From: Eledone cirrhosa
Taxonomy: Eukaryota
Length of the DNA: 64,000 bases
NCBI GenBank assembly: GCA_964016885.1
Contig: OZ024743.1
Coordinates: 291,958,001-292,022,000 of the forward strand
Reading direction: 5' to 3'
The notes below the pieces were generated by a model. The model saw only the letters and a program-made list of their open reading frames with translations. It had not been told where the DNA came from and made no database searches. Both the position numbers and the translations under genes were made by a program. Below, piece by piece: positions 51,975-64,000 of this stretch (positions are counted from its first letter, which is position 1; each line of letters begins with the position of its first letter).

Positions 51975-51983
<9 letters not shown>
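51620..51983. repeat. Fold-back palindrome (~180-bp arms, 1-nt spacer at 51802) with an HHR in each arm
   Basis: CAGAGCAGAATGGTAAAATGT-G-ACATTTTACCATTCTGCTCTG. A few mismatches and one indel. Bounded by (TA)n at 51481 and 51978. Confidence 0.95.
51817..51927 (+). ncRNA. Type I HHR with long stem II (mirror copy at 51676-51787 on -)
   Basis: TGCT-CTGAGGA-A-ACAGTGGT...ACCACCGT-G-GAAA-CACTTG-TA-AGCA, GUA triplet, followed by AATAAA. Confidence 0.78.
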
Positions 51984-52040
<57 letters not shown>

Positions 52041-52042
52041 GT

Positions 52043-52092
<50 letters not shown>

Positions 52093-52093
52093 C

Positions 52094-52233
<140 letters not shown>

Positions 52234-52639
52234 TATGTTTTGAAACAGCGAGTGAGGTTGAAATTAGAGATAGAAACTTTCATCGTATCTTTTGACCAAA
52301 GAATATTCAGCCCGACATTGTGTTTTAGAATCCTCTAAAAAATGGAAAAAGTTAAGTATTGACGAATATATTTATATAAATATATATATATATATATTTA
52401 TTTTGCGAGGTTTTTCATATGAAATCGTGTGTCGAAACAAATATTGTTATACTTGGAGAGGACCATATTGTTGTAATATTGCCAGAAATAATAACAGAAC
52501 ACACTCACTGTTTGGTTGATTTTTGCTTCTATATCTTTTATATCTCCACAGTTAATTCATTCGGTCCTCACTGTTTAGCATAGACTGACCAACGGTCAAT
52601 AATATAGATATAATATAGATATAAACACATATAATCTAA

Positions 52640-52678
52640 CAAAGTTTTTTCGTTGCACATCTGCAACATCATCAGTGG
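52640..52678 (-). ncRNA. HHR motif in the 3' pLTR of PLE copy 2
   Basis: CCA-CTGATGA-T-GTTGCA-GATG-TGCAAC-GAAA-AAAC-TT-TG. Stem III is degenerate. Confidence 0.65.
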
Positions 52679-52924
52679 TACTATTATGTTCCTCCTGTTG
52701 TATCGTATATCAACGCCATTTTTATTTTATCTGTTTATTTATTTATAAATTTTTTACTTCTCTGTGCATGCGTTTGCGTGTATGTATAGTGTTTTGTTTG
52801 TGTTCGCGTTTGGGTAACTGCGTTTCGGTTATTGTATTCTATCTTAGTTTACTAGTGTGTGTTTATATGTGTTTGTTGTTATTGTGCTTGAGTATATATT
52901 TATTTATTTATTTATATTTCTCTT

Positions 52925-55385
52925 AAATCAGTATTGTTTGTTTGGGTGTTGTTGTTATTACATTCATTTTTTTTCTGTTTAGCTTTGGCCTTCTAAGCTC
53001 TATTTCGCTTGCCTCTCTGATTTGCCTATCTGCTGGGTCATTTCTATGTTTAGATATTATTTTAATTTCTATGTTGTCTATGTTACCGTCATGTTGTTGT
53101 CTGGCGTGTTTTGTATAGTACCGAACCGTTTTTTCGTCCTTTTATTCCCCCCAGTGTTGGTCTATCCTTTCACCTATGCTACGATCTGTCTCGCTTATGT
53201 ATGTTGTTGTTATGTTTCTGCAAGTACCCTATGTACATTGTATGCTATAGACTACGTTTCTAGTTTTTATAGTTTATCTGTGGGTTTACTTTACATATAA
53301 CACATTTCCTATTGGTACAGTGGGTTTTCTTTAAAGGGTATGTTTTGCTGATCAGAGATTTTATGTAAGTTACTGGTTTTTCTACCACTTTAATCTTTAA
53401 GTGGGTCTTTCTCAGGGCCTTTCTACACTGGTTAGCTAATTTCCCTCCAGGGGTAGCATCCACAAACATGACACTCTGGTATCTCTGGTTGTCGTACCAT
53501 GAGGTGGCTTTCCTATCATATGTCTAGTCCTATCTAAGCTATTCCATGATTTGCTCCTGTATAATATGCAAATTCCTTTCATGTCCTGTTCTATGAGGGT
53601 TTTATACTTCTCCGTGGCTCCTTTGTATACTCTGATTCTGTCTCTTTGGTTGTAACCAGAGAACTGCATGCGGTTGATGAAGTGTTGGATGTGTCTTTTT
53701 TTTCTGTTGGGTCGCACATGCGTGACACATTCTACATCACTCGTACCAAGTCTGCGATCAGAATATTAAACTTAGCACTACTGGACTTTGCTGAGATTTT
53801 GAGTATCAGGTATTTGAAGGGCATTGCTTTAGCGTAGTCTGAGTGGAGAATTTCGGCCCTCTCGTCCATAGTGTTAATCCAGAAGAGTTCCGTGTCTACT
53901 GTTAGGGTGTTTGGAAGGATAGCCGATATTTACAGTTATACTCTATTGTATGGAGTTAGCTATCTGCTGGATGCTTTCCAGTGTGATACATTCTAAATCA
54001 TATTTGTTAGTACTCTCTTGTTGGGATGTCCTTATTACTATATTAATTTCGTCTACGTAACGAGAGTATAAGATGAGGTCTATGGAGCCCTCATCAAGGA
54101 GATCTTTGAGTCTCCTTTCTCACCATACCATAAAAACTTTGGCAACGTCACCAGCTATGCTGACGCCAATGGCTGATCCCTCATTTTGGGTGTAGAACTT
54201 TACGTTGAATTTGAACATGCGGCCCTTTAGGGTAGTTTTAATATTAGCCACTATTGCATGCACGACGATTTTTCTTACCTGATCATTGTTTTGGGGAGTT
54301 CGAATGGCTTTGGTCCACCCAATACATCTTCCCATTGGAATCTTTGTTGCCATTGAGGTTATGGTGGGGGGGATCTACCTCTTATGGTCTACTGGGGCAG
54401 AAACGCCTAAGGTCATGGCTGTCTAGGTAGTCGGTGTCATAGGGAAGTCTAAGTAGGAGGCCTAGTTCATCGGTGTCAACGTCGCAGAACTCCACCTCAC
54501 TCTCACTGATCATCTCCACACATTTTTCTTCAGCAAAATCAATGTTAATGGATGGGTATATGCCTATTATTCAGTTGGATAGGTTCCTGTTTTTGTTGCA
54601 TTCATTGATTCTGCTGAGGAGGTCCTCTGTACTGTCACATACATCTGGGGACATCTTGATTATGGGGTGTATAACCATTGAGAGAAAGTAGGAGATCCTG
54701 TAATTGCTAGCGATATTGGCTCCGCATACAGGTCTTGTTGGTGGTCTTGTTGTCGGGTCGTCGACTGTCTTATTGTCTTTGCCGAGCCCATACAAGGGTG
54801 GTATGTTATTGTTGGACGCCTGGAAGTTGTTGGCAGTTCGTCTGCTTGGCTTTAGGATGTCGGTTCTCATCATCATGTGAGCGTTGAGGATCTTCTCTCT
54901 CTCCTCATGCGTTTGTTCTGTAATTTCGCTCGTGTTGATGATGTAGGGTTGCATAGCCTTGATGTAGTTCGGCATGCCGTCTATTAACATCCTACCAGAC
55001 TTATATGTAGGTAGACACACTACATCACCAGCCCTTGTGCGCTGCTTGAGGCTAACTAAGCCTTCTACATGTTTCCTTCCAAGTTGTTGGGCCTCTGGTC
55101 TGCCCTGTCTATTAGTATATCGGTCTAAAATTTGTTTAATCTTATTTCTAGCTATGGTGAACTGTGCCTCTGTCTCGTCATCTATTTGTTGTGGTATACA
55201 AACCCTTTTATTAAAGGGTAACCTCGTAGGATAAATATTACTCATCTTATATGTGTTCTCAGCTGGGTTGAAGAATAGTTTCTCTAAGGAGTTGACATTA
55301 TGTCTATAGTCATAGTTGAGTTTGTTGCTATTATTCTTATGGTTGCTGTTGTTCCTACCATTAACATTATTATTATTATGATTGT
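52925..55385 (-). pseudogene. Disrupted PLE RT-GIY-YIG ORF
   Basis: ORF-track fragments 54571-55500, 54120-54353, 53436-53717 and 53260-53469 are consecutive pieces in different frames. Confidence 0.9.
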
Positions 55386-55496
55386 TACACACACCAAACA
55401 CTATACACACACGCAAATGCATGCGCAGAGAAGAAGACAAACATAAATAAATAAATAAGCAGACAAAATAAATACAACAGGAGGAACATAATAGTA

Positions 55497-55535
55497 CCAC
55501 TGATGATGTTGCAGATGTGCAACGAAAAAACTTTG
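55497..55535 (+). ncRNA. HHR motif in the inverted pLTR of PLE copy 2
   Basis: Same motif as 52640-52678, in opposite orientation. Confidence 0.65.
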
Positions 55536-55754
55536 TTAGATTATATATGTGTTTATATCTATATTATATCTGTATTTTTTTACCGTTGGTCAGTCAATGC
55601 TAAACATTGAGGACCGAATGAATTAACTGTGAAGATATAAAATATACAAAAGCGAAAACCCACCAAACAGTGAGTGTGTTCTATTATTATTTCTGAAAAT
55701 ATTATTACAACAGTATGACCCTCCCCAAGTATTTGTATATTTATATTAATACAT

Positions 55755-55809
<55 letters not shown>

Positions 55810-57039
55810 ATGTGTGCGCGCGCGCGCGTGTGTTTGTGTGTGTAACTACACTTTGAGGTAGTTCACTGGTTAAAGCTCTCAATGTTGTTACTAATGTCTG
55901 TAAACGTGTGAGGTGTATATGTATGTGTATTCTTGGTTTAATTGGGCTGTAAAGTGCAGAGTCTAAATATAAGTAAGCATGAACGAAGTCAATGCTACCC
56001 CGTTAATGAACTTTAGTTGCATATGGCAATTGTTTCGATATCAATCAGCTCAGGGTGCTATCATAAAGAAAAGTGCTCGACTCTGCAGATAAACGAGTTC
56101 CCCGGCGCAGAATACATTTAAACTGTTGAAAGAGGTCAAGAGGATATGTTGGTATGTGGGGTAGGTTCGCGAAAGGTAAATTTGGCTTCTACGACTACTG
56201 TTGAAATTGTAGTTGTGGTCTAGTTGATATTGTAATTTATTGCTTTTACTCTTGTTTCTGTTATCGGTGGTATTGTTGTTGTGGATATCGCAGCCGCCGC
56301 TACTACTTTAGTGCGCCACGGACCGTGCCATTGTTGAACGTAGGTATTGATATATGAGACACAGGATTACTTGCTCTATAAATTAGGGTTCATAGCTCAA
56401 CAACACCACTCAGTAAACTCTCTGGGCACTACAGCCGTCTTCAAATGACCTTGACCAACGCCATACTATTATCGTCCTATTTGTCGTCGTTGTTATTGTT
56501 TTGGTTGTTGTTGTAGTTATTAGCACGATCATTGCTATATCTTATTTTACTTTTTGTCTATTTTAGATTCATATACTTCATTTTAATTCTTTATTTTATT
56601 TTTATTGTAATTTTATTGTGATTTTTATTATTAGTTTTCACCCATTTGTCTATTTACTACGTGTTTGTATTTGTTATGCAAGACAGGTAATGTGAAAGCG
56701 TGTGTTTGATCAGATATTGTTATACTTTAGGAGCGCCATGCTTCCAATAAAAACAGATTCACCAGTTGAGTTTCACTTCAACTTATGGAAACATAAAATT
56801 ATGTTTGAAATGATAGAGACAAGATATCAAATGAGGTCAAATCAATAAATCTGGCTGTATGGGAAAGTGGAGCAAAAGATTATAAAAGCCGTAAACGGAA
56901 GTAAAACTAAGAGAAAATCGTGGATTCTAGGCCCACGGATGAAAAAGGAAAGGGAAGGAGAGAGGGTGATAGGCTCTGAGCCAAGGGCGTGGCGGTTTGG
57001 GAGCTGCGCCCTGCGGATAGGAGTGCGAAAGTATTTCCG

Positions 57040-57990
57040 AAACACCCGATGTAACAGGCACCCACCTCATGAGGCTCCTTCCTCAGAGGGTCTACTGACG
57101 TTCCGAACTTGCGGAGGAGCTCGGCGTTACTGGGTCCGAAGACGCCTGAGTTCTCGACGGTGACCGGTGCGAAGAATAAGCGACCGGACAATTCCCGTTA
57201 TTGCAGAATGTTGTTGCCAAAGTGACTAAGGTGGAGGCGGAGAACGTGTCACAATATATGGCGTCCGGGTTAATGGATCTACATCCTTCGAATGAGAAGA
57301 GGGTGAAGCCGTAGGGGCGCTTGCCGTCTCCGTGGTCGAGGCCTGCTAGCTCCAGTTGTGATGAGAAGACAGCTGCACCCATGTTCCTTCTCAATATAAC
57401 ATTCAATATGGCATGTCAGTAAAGCCAGCCTGCGCTTTGGTGGCACTATAGTGAGTGCAGGCCAAGCTTGTCAACGATAGCCTCAGAACAGCATTTTAGT
57501 GGCTCACACAGCGGTGGACGAGGCGTTGGGAAACTCCAATGCGAGTGCACTGGTCATGTAAATAAGGAAGGAACTAAACTGAGCCACGCACCGGTGTTGG
57601 ATGTGAAGCCGATCGGAGGCAGATGAGGAGGTGTTGGTCAAAGCCAGACTCGATCCGCCAGAAACACGACCTGCATTTGATATCGCCCCTGTTACGTTGG
57701 ACATTTGTATACAGGGTGACAGAGAGGCCTTCACATGCCCAGTCAGTCAGAGCCTGGCCAAGTTCTCAACTGCCATGAGTAAACTAGGTCTTCCGAATGA
57801 GAGATGAATGAGAGGGTTAATGGAGAAGACTCGTCTCAAAACGTGAGCCCTAACGCTATTGAATATAGTTCTCATGCCCAGCTTCGCAAGGATGTGAGGT
57901 GACAAAGAGGGGCACCTTCTCTATGAAATGTCTGGCCGCATGAGCTGCAACCTCACTTGATTCCCACTCTGAGTTGGACAAGGCTGCCTT
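57040..57990 (-). pseudogene. Decayed RLE-type non-LTR retrotransposon fragment (CRE-like)
   Basis: Minus strand translates VDKLGLHSL*CHQSAGWLY*HAILNVILRR (zinc-knuckle region) and LDHGDGKRPYGFTLFSF...DAIYCDTF (RPD..D nuclease motif region). Confidence 0.7.
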
Positions 57991-57998
57991 TAGTCGTT

Positions 57999-58041
57999 GT
58001 CAAAGCTCTTTCGGCACACAACCTGTGACGTCTTCAGTGAC
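57999..58041 (-). ncRNA. Minimal type I HHR motif (CUGAAGA)
   Basis: GTCA-CTGAAGA-CGT-CACA-GGT-TGTG-TGCC-GAAA-GAGC-TT-TGAC. Stem I GTCA/TGAC, CUU triplet, imperfect base of stem II. Confidence 0.65.
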
Positions 58042-59187
58042 CATTTTTGTTACATTATGTCTCCTGTTTGTTCACTTTTACACCATCTTGTCTCTGTGAG
58101 ATCTGTGCTTTGCGTTACATCCTTGTGTGTGTAATTTTATGTATTTATTTATATGTTATTCCCTCTTCTCTCTTTCCCGCTTGTCATTAATTAATTGCTA
58201 TTTTCATTTTTGTATTCTATATATGCGTGTGTTTTTTTGTGGTGGAGAATCAGTGTATATATCTTATTTGTTCTATTCTTGTTTGTATTTATATTATCTT
58301 TAGTTACTACGTTGTGAGGTTGTTAGTATTCCATTCATACTTTCTATTTTATTTTGGCTGAAGTTCATTGAAGTTCAATCGACACTTAGTTGTATTCTGA
58401 AATGGACGTAAAGTTTCCATATGATTCCCGGTCATTTTCGTAGTTAATTAAGTTATGTGTATATTGCGAAATGCGTTAACCAACCGACGTGTATCTGTAT
58501 ATATACTGAGTGCGTTACCCAGATTGCATCAATATTTACAATTATATTTAACAAAACAAAATAGATATATGAAAAAAATACTTGTGAATGCATATTATCA
58601 ACATGCTTTGATGGAATAAGTTGATTTTAAGAGTTATAATCTAATATACTTTGAATATCTGTCAAAGTACAAACAATTTAAATATCTAGGCTTTTAAAGA
58701 AGCCAAAAAATACGGATCTCCCTGTTAAGGGAAAAACTTCAAAAATTGTTTCTATTGTTTAAATTTACAGAGAATGTGTGTAGAAGATAATATGATAAAA
58801 ATCGTGAAGGTGCGAAAGATTTTATAGTAGTTATGTTCGTGTATAGAGAGAAAGTGTATGGTAAAATAGTGTGTGTATAGAAGCTTATTAGACAGAGTTC
58901 GTTTGATTGGAGTCCCTTATTTTACTTCGCATCTCTAGTAGCCTGATATATATATATATATGTGTGTGCTCGTGATTGCGTGTATGAGTGTTTGTGTGCG
59001 TGTATGTGTGTATGTCTGTGTGAGCAAGTATATGTGAAGAAGAAGGTATTAACGATTAGTGTAGTGTAGGTAAAAATAATGTGAACAGCTCTCTCTAGGA
59101 AGATGAAAGGATATCCATGAGATCATTTAATGAATGGAGTTGTAATTTCGAGAAAGGTAATAAAATATTGCTTTAGATACTAATAAT

Positions 59188-59374
59188 TGTTTCTACTTTA
59201 GGCACAAGACCAGCAATTACCCAGTGCATTACTGGTACTTTATTTTATCGACCCCGTAAGGATGAAAGGCAAAGTGAACCTCGGTGTGATTTGAACTCAG
59301 ATCGTAAAGGGACGTAACTATGCTGGAAAGAATTGCGTCCGACCCTCTACCGATACTGCCAATCCACCGCCCTC
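59188..59374 (-). mobile_element. Full-length tRNA-derived SINE with a 14-bp target-site duplication
   Basis: A box TGGCAGTATCGG and B box GAGTTCAAATC on -. TSD TAGATACTAATAAT at 59174-59187 and 59375-59388. Confidence 0.92.
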
Positions 59375-61761
59375 TAGATACTAATAATGTTTATTTTTAA
59401 TATATGATCAAATAAATAAGTGGAAACAGATAGATAAATGTATAGATTATATAAACGGATATATAATTAAATGTTTCAAAATGCGTATTATTATCTACTA
59501 AAATTTAGACCAGGAAGGCCTCAATTATTTAAAATTAAAATTAATGTATGTATAGATTAATACATAAATCAATAAATTATTATACTTGAACATTTTCGTT
59601 GTCTTGTAACTTATACCAATTCTGGGCGCTGGTTCCAAATATACATGTTTAGATCTATTGTTTATAGTTTTGGAGATTCCTAATGATCCTTCATATGATG
59701 ATGTATTTACCTCGAATCTGAAATCAGGAAGATTAGTTGCACCTTATTTTGGAGAGCATTATAATATAGGCCTATTTGGAAATATATTTCAACCATTAAT
59801 TCAAAAACTAGCATTATTTTTTCTCTGGTCCTCTCTAATTAATTGCTGATCAGGCTATTTTCATACAAATTTAAAAACAAAGCTATTAATGCTTATAACA
59901 ATCTGCTATACAACTACGTATGAAACGAATCTCAGGCATGAATCAACAGAAACTGCGTGTGGCCAGTGATATTGTACACTTATATCAAAAGTATGTCCGT
60001 GAACTTATGGATTAAGGATGATATAATGCAAGTTGAATAATGTGTTAAATAATACTCTGGAGAAAAATCTGAAAAGTGAATTTAATATTTGAAGGTTTAA
60101 ATATGGTTTGGCTTTGCCGTTTAACTAGAAACAATTATAATCCAAATTGATATTTTGGATTCTTTTAAAAATGTATTACCTAATTTAAGCGGTCATTTAA
60201 ACACGATGAGGAGTTATATTAGAAATAATGATTGGAATACGAAAAACAGTAATGCTAACAATAAGTATAATATATGATTTTCTATTACTATTAAATCATT
60301 GAGAAAAGGAAGCTTTTAAAGACTATTTCCAAGGAGATCGGGTCTGAATGTTTGAAATAGAATGGAATCTGCTGAAGCCACTGAAAGCCAGATGCTGGCA
60401 TTACACTGGATGATATTAAATCTAAAATCAGAAGAAGCAAGAGTTTAATTTGATATCATGATACATATATCCAATGTTTGAGTAATTCTGTTAGTCCGCT
60501 ATGTGGAAGTGTTATCAATGTTATCGATTACAATAGTATGAGATGCAAAGTTGTCTTCGATAGAATTTGGTCTGAGATTACAGAGCGAAGGAAGTTGAAT
60601 TTATAACGTTTCTACAGATACAACGTCTCGCATTGGTTAAAACATAAATCAAATATAATGCTCCCAAAGTTAATTAGAAATATTCGACAAATATATCAGG
60701 AAATGCATTGTTACCTAAATAGAGGAAACATATTTGGAGGAAATTCGAAAACATATTCTATTAAGCGATTAATTATTTTAAACGGGAACAATATAAATAG
60801 CTCGTATCCAAAGGAGAACTCTGGTCTGGATTTACAAATTTTAATAGCATATCACCTTTAAACCAAGCAATATTGTAGAGTGTTAAATAATGCCTTAAGT
60901 CGAGGTGCCATAATCTAATATAGGTTAATAATGATAAGAAGGACAAAGCCAGAATATATGAGAAAATATTGATGTTGGTGTAGATAGTAATAACACAGTC
61001 TATATCTATAAACTAGAAGATGCGATGTAGAATAAGACATATATAGGTAAATGGAATGAGTGAGTTATGAATTGAGAAATCGACAATATTAGAAACTAAC
61101 TGATAAAGACGAGAGAGAGCCAGAACGAATGTAATTGGAAACGGTAGATAATGGATAAGGATGTGGGTAGGATACTTATGTTTGCAACAGCTGCTACCGA
61201 CCGGGGCCGTTAATGGGTGTCAAAACACGATTAAAATCTCCGAATAAATTGGATAGATAAATAGACAGGGAGACTGGCCAGCAGACAAACAGGCAGAGTG
61301 ACATAGAGACATAAATATATATATATATACAGATGGGCAGCGGTATGTGGAGAATGGCATGTCAAAGGGCCGCTACGAATAGCAGTCCGATTCGGCCAAA
61401 TTCCTCATATGTATGTCTATACTTGTTTATATATGTATATATCTTCAGTATATTTGTTTATTACTCCCTAACGGCCGAGTAGGTAATTTGGCCATTCAAA
61501 ATTATCACTGGTAGTGGATAACAGAGCCGAATCCTTTCTTGTTTGAAAATGTTCCCTGACAAGTTGAGGTTTCCACAGCACACAACGGTGAGTTTTACTC
61601 AATGAAATGGCAGTATGGATGAACTAAATAAATAGGTAAATATGTATTTATTTTGTAATGCGTGTTCCTGATATAATTGTTATCATACTCTGAATAATTG
61701 ATTCTTATCAATTCATTCACTGAGCAAAATTGGTGTCGGTTGGACTCTTTCACCCCCCCCC

Positions 61762-61822
<61 letters not shown>

Positions 61823-62022
61823 ACAAAAAAAGTGTGATAAGAAACCAGGTGGACCATAATGCACAAGAGTAGTCGATATTTAAAGTAATGGACTGGGTAA
61901 TAGGAAAAGAGTCAGGACCCCGACGGCTGAGCTCCGGATATTTCAAACTGAGTTCTCATCTATCTGTCGAAACGGCCGGGGCAGAGCTTTCGGAGTGCTG
62001 ACTCTTTTCTTATATATATATA

Positions 62023-62195
62023 TAATTGTTTCTACTTTTGGCACAAGGCCAGCAACTACCCAGTACATTACTGGTACTTTATTTTATCGACCTCGTAAGG
62101 ATGAAAGGCAAAGTTAACCCTGGCGGGATTTGAACTCAGATCGTAAAGGGACGTGTCTATGCTGATACTGCCGATACTGCCAATTCACCGCCCTT
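62023..62195 (-). mobile_element. tRNA-derived SINE inserted in (TA)n
   Basis: Near-identical to 59188-59374. Confidence 0.9.
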
Positions 62196-62711
62196 TATAT
62201 ATATATATAATAAGGAGTTGACGGACACAGCATATTTAACAATGCCAGGACTGGTTGTATTTCAGCGTACTCAATAGATAATGTAGAACACATTCCAGAG
62301 TATCACATAGTTATTAGCTTCAATACAACACACGTAAACGGTGCCTATATTAGTTCCCGGACTCGTTTCGGCCACACTTAATGCAGCAATAGGGTGCATT
62401 GCAACAATGCATAATCGGCGGGTATCGCCTAATCAATAGCCATTCGATCGACAAAATTCAACTCCAGTCGATGCCCGCTATGACTGTATGTGACGGCCAA
62501 CGCAATAAAGTGATTAGCAACTGGAATATGATACAACTCCGTCCCCCGATCGGCCACCCATTTACAAATTTACGCGGTGGCAGGAGATTAGGAAACACAT
62601 ATTTTCGTTCCCACCAAAAGCTCTCAGCCAACGTGTCTCAAACACACATTGATAAGATAGTGAAAATTTGGTTATTAGAAAAAGCAGTTCCACATCTTTG
62701 CGCAGTAGAAT

Positions 62712-62731
62712 AGAGAGAGAGAGAGAGGGAG

Positions 62732-62825
<94 letters not shown>

Positions 62826-62830
62826 AGAGA
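62712..62830. repeat. (GA)n microsatellite
   Basis: Direct sequence. Confidence 0.98.
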
Positions 62831-64000
62831 AAGATCCAATTATGTATCTTTACTCCATCGTAAATTTATTTTTGTTTTCGTTAGAAATTGAAGATTATCG
62901 TTGTATATATGTTTGTACTGATTGAGCCCATCTATGATAAAAAAGAAAAAACATTTTAACCGGCTTATATTCACTCATAGATTACACTGCCTATTTTATC
63001 ACGTCTTGCTTTTTTATAACAAAAGTGTGGTCTGAAGGTGATTTAACAGCCAACTCTACGAGCCGGAGTGATCATAACTTTTCAAGCCAACTACAACATA
63101 ATCTCGTGCTTTGCAAACACATATTTCGTATTCTTAGCTATCACTAAATAGAAGAAAATAAATCCATTAGAGAATTTTATATCATGCAAACAACCATTAT
63201 ATATGAGGTGTGATTTCGAATACAAACGAGCTTAATAATTTATTAACCAATACTTTAAGACTCAAATTTATTAGGAAGAAAATAAAGCTGGGAATATTTT
63301 GCCTCTAATTGTGTAAATATAGGATTATATTTATTAGTGTTGTTAAGAATTGAGCTTCGCAATCACATCTTTCTGGCATTAATTAATGCATAAAGCATTA
63401 AAAATTAAAATGGTAACTAGAAAAATATATGTGGCGAGAAAAAAATGACATTAGTTAATAATTGGCATCATTTTTCTTTTCTTCCGGCAATCCCCAAAGT
63501 TATTCCAGTAGTCTATTTCCTCCTGACTTTCTAAATCAGATGATGTATATAGAATTCAACTTAATGTTTCATATTTAAGAAGGTGTCCAATGATTTAAAG
63601 GTTACTCGTCTGGCTTTTCAAATACATCAACTATGTATCTGATTTCTCCTAAGTAAGGAAACGGTGAAACACTTAGTAAGCCGTTCGTAACCTTACAATA
63701 TAGATCAACATATTCTATATTTAATATATATAACCTCGCAGATAGGTCGATTGGAAACATGCGGCTAGAGAAAATGTTTCATAACAGGAAAGACCACAAA
63801 AACAAAATGAACGAAATGTGAAGCAGCTATTGCAAGTAGTGAAGGAAACAATAAAACAAAAATATATCTCTCGCGAAACGGATCATATTCTTTGCTCTTA
63901 TTTGAGATCGTGTGATTATTCCCTCAGCTAACTGCAGAGTCAGGCTTAGCTTTGACGCCACTATGTGCGAACGTTCACTTGCTAACGAAATTGCATTAAC

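Larger units (their letters stand above)
52396..55757 (-). mobile_element. Decayed Penelope-like element (Neptune-like), copy 2: frameshifted RT + GIY-YIG, 3' pLTR and inverted pLTR at the 5' end
   Basis: RT motifs PPLYGLGKDNK..RPVCGA, FYTQNEGSAIGVSIAGDVAKVFM, YSRYVDE. The endonuclease region is homologous to 3819-4721. 55385-55745 is the reverse complement of ~52440-52800. (TA)n at both ends. Confidence 0.92.

Noticed and set aside
54571-55500. 309-aa ORF as an intact protein with a hydrophobic N-terminus
   Set aside because: Its first ~38 codons are the antisense of the inverted pLTR, fused by chance to the truncated RT frame.
59658-60861. Short ORFs or possible exons at 59.6-60.9 kb (also 62399-62713)
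   Set aside because: No recognisable motifs or consistent splice structure; cannot be supported without a search.

Overview
AT-rich, microsatellite-dense eukaryotic DNA with no convincing host gene. The SINE and repeat content suggests a cephalopod (Octopus-like) genome, which is an inference. The window is dominated by a ~28.7-kb satellite (20861-49553): 50 head-to-tail ~558-bp units on + plus ~1.3 inverted units on -. Every full unit carries a type I hammerhead ribozyme (HHR) motif (ACTCC-CTGATGA-long stem II-GAAA-CTAATTAG-TT-GGAGT) with a palindromic stem III, the form known from Penelope-like elements (PLEs) and retrozymes. The array sits in (TA)n, and both of its arms start just downstream of the predicted self-cleavage site. 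Around it lie two decayed Neptune-like PLEs (RT + GIY-YIG) with HHR-bearing pseudo-LTRs and about seven further, mutually unrelated HHR or HHR-like motif families, several inside (TA)n-flanked fold-back palindromes. The rest consists of tRNA-derived SINEs, decayed LINE fragments (RTE-like, R4/Dong-like, CRE-like), a Helitron-like non-autonomous element and MITE-like inverted repeats. All calls were made by eye; no folding, alignment or database search was run.
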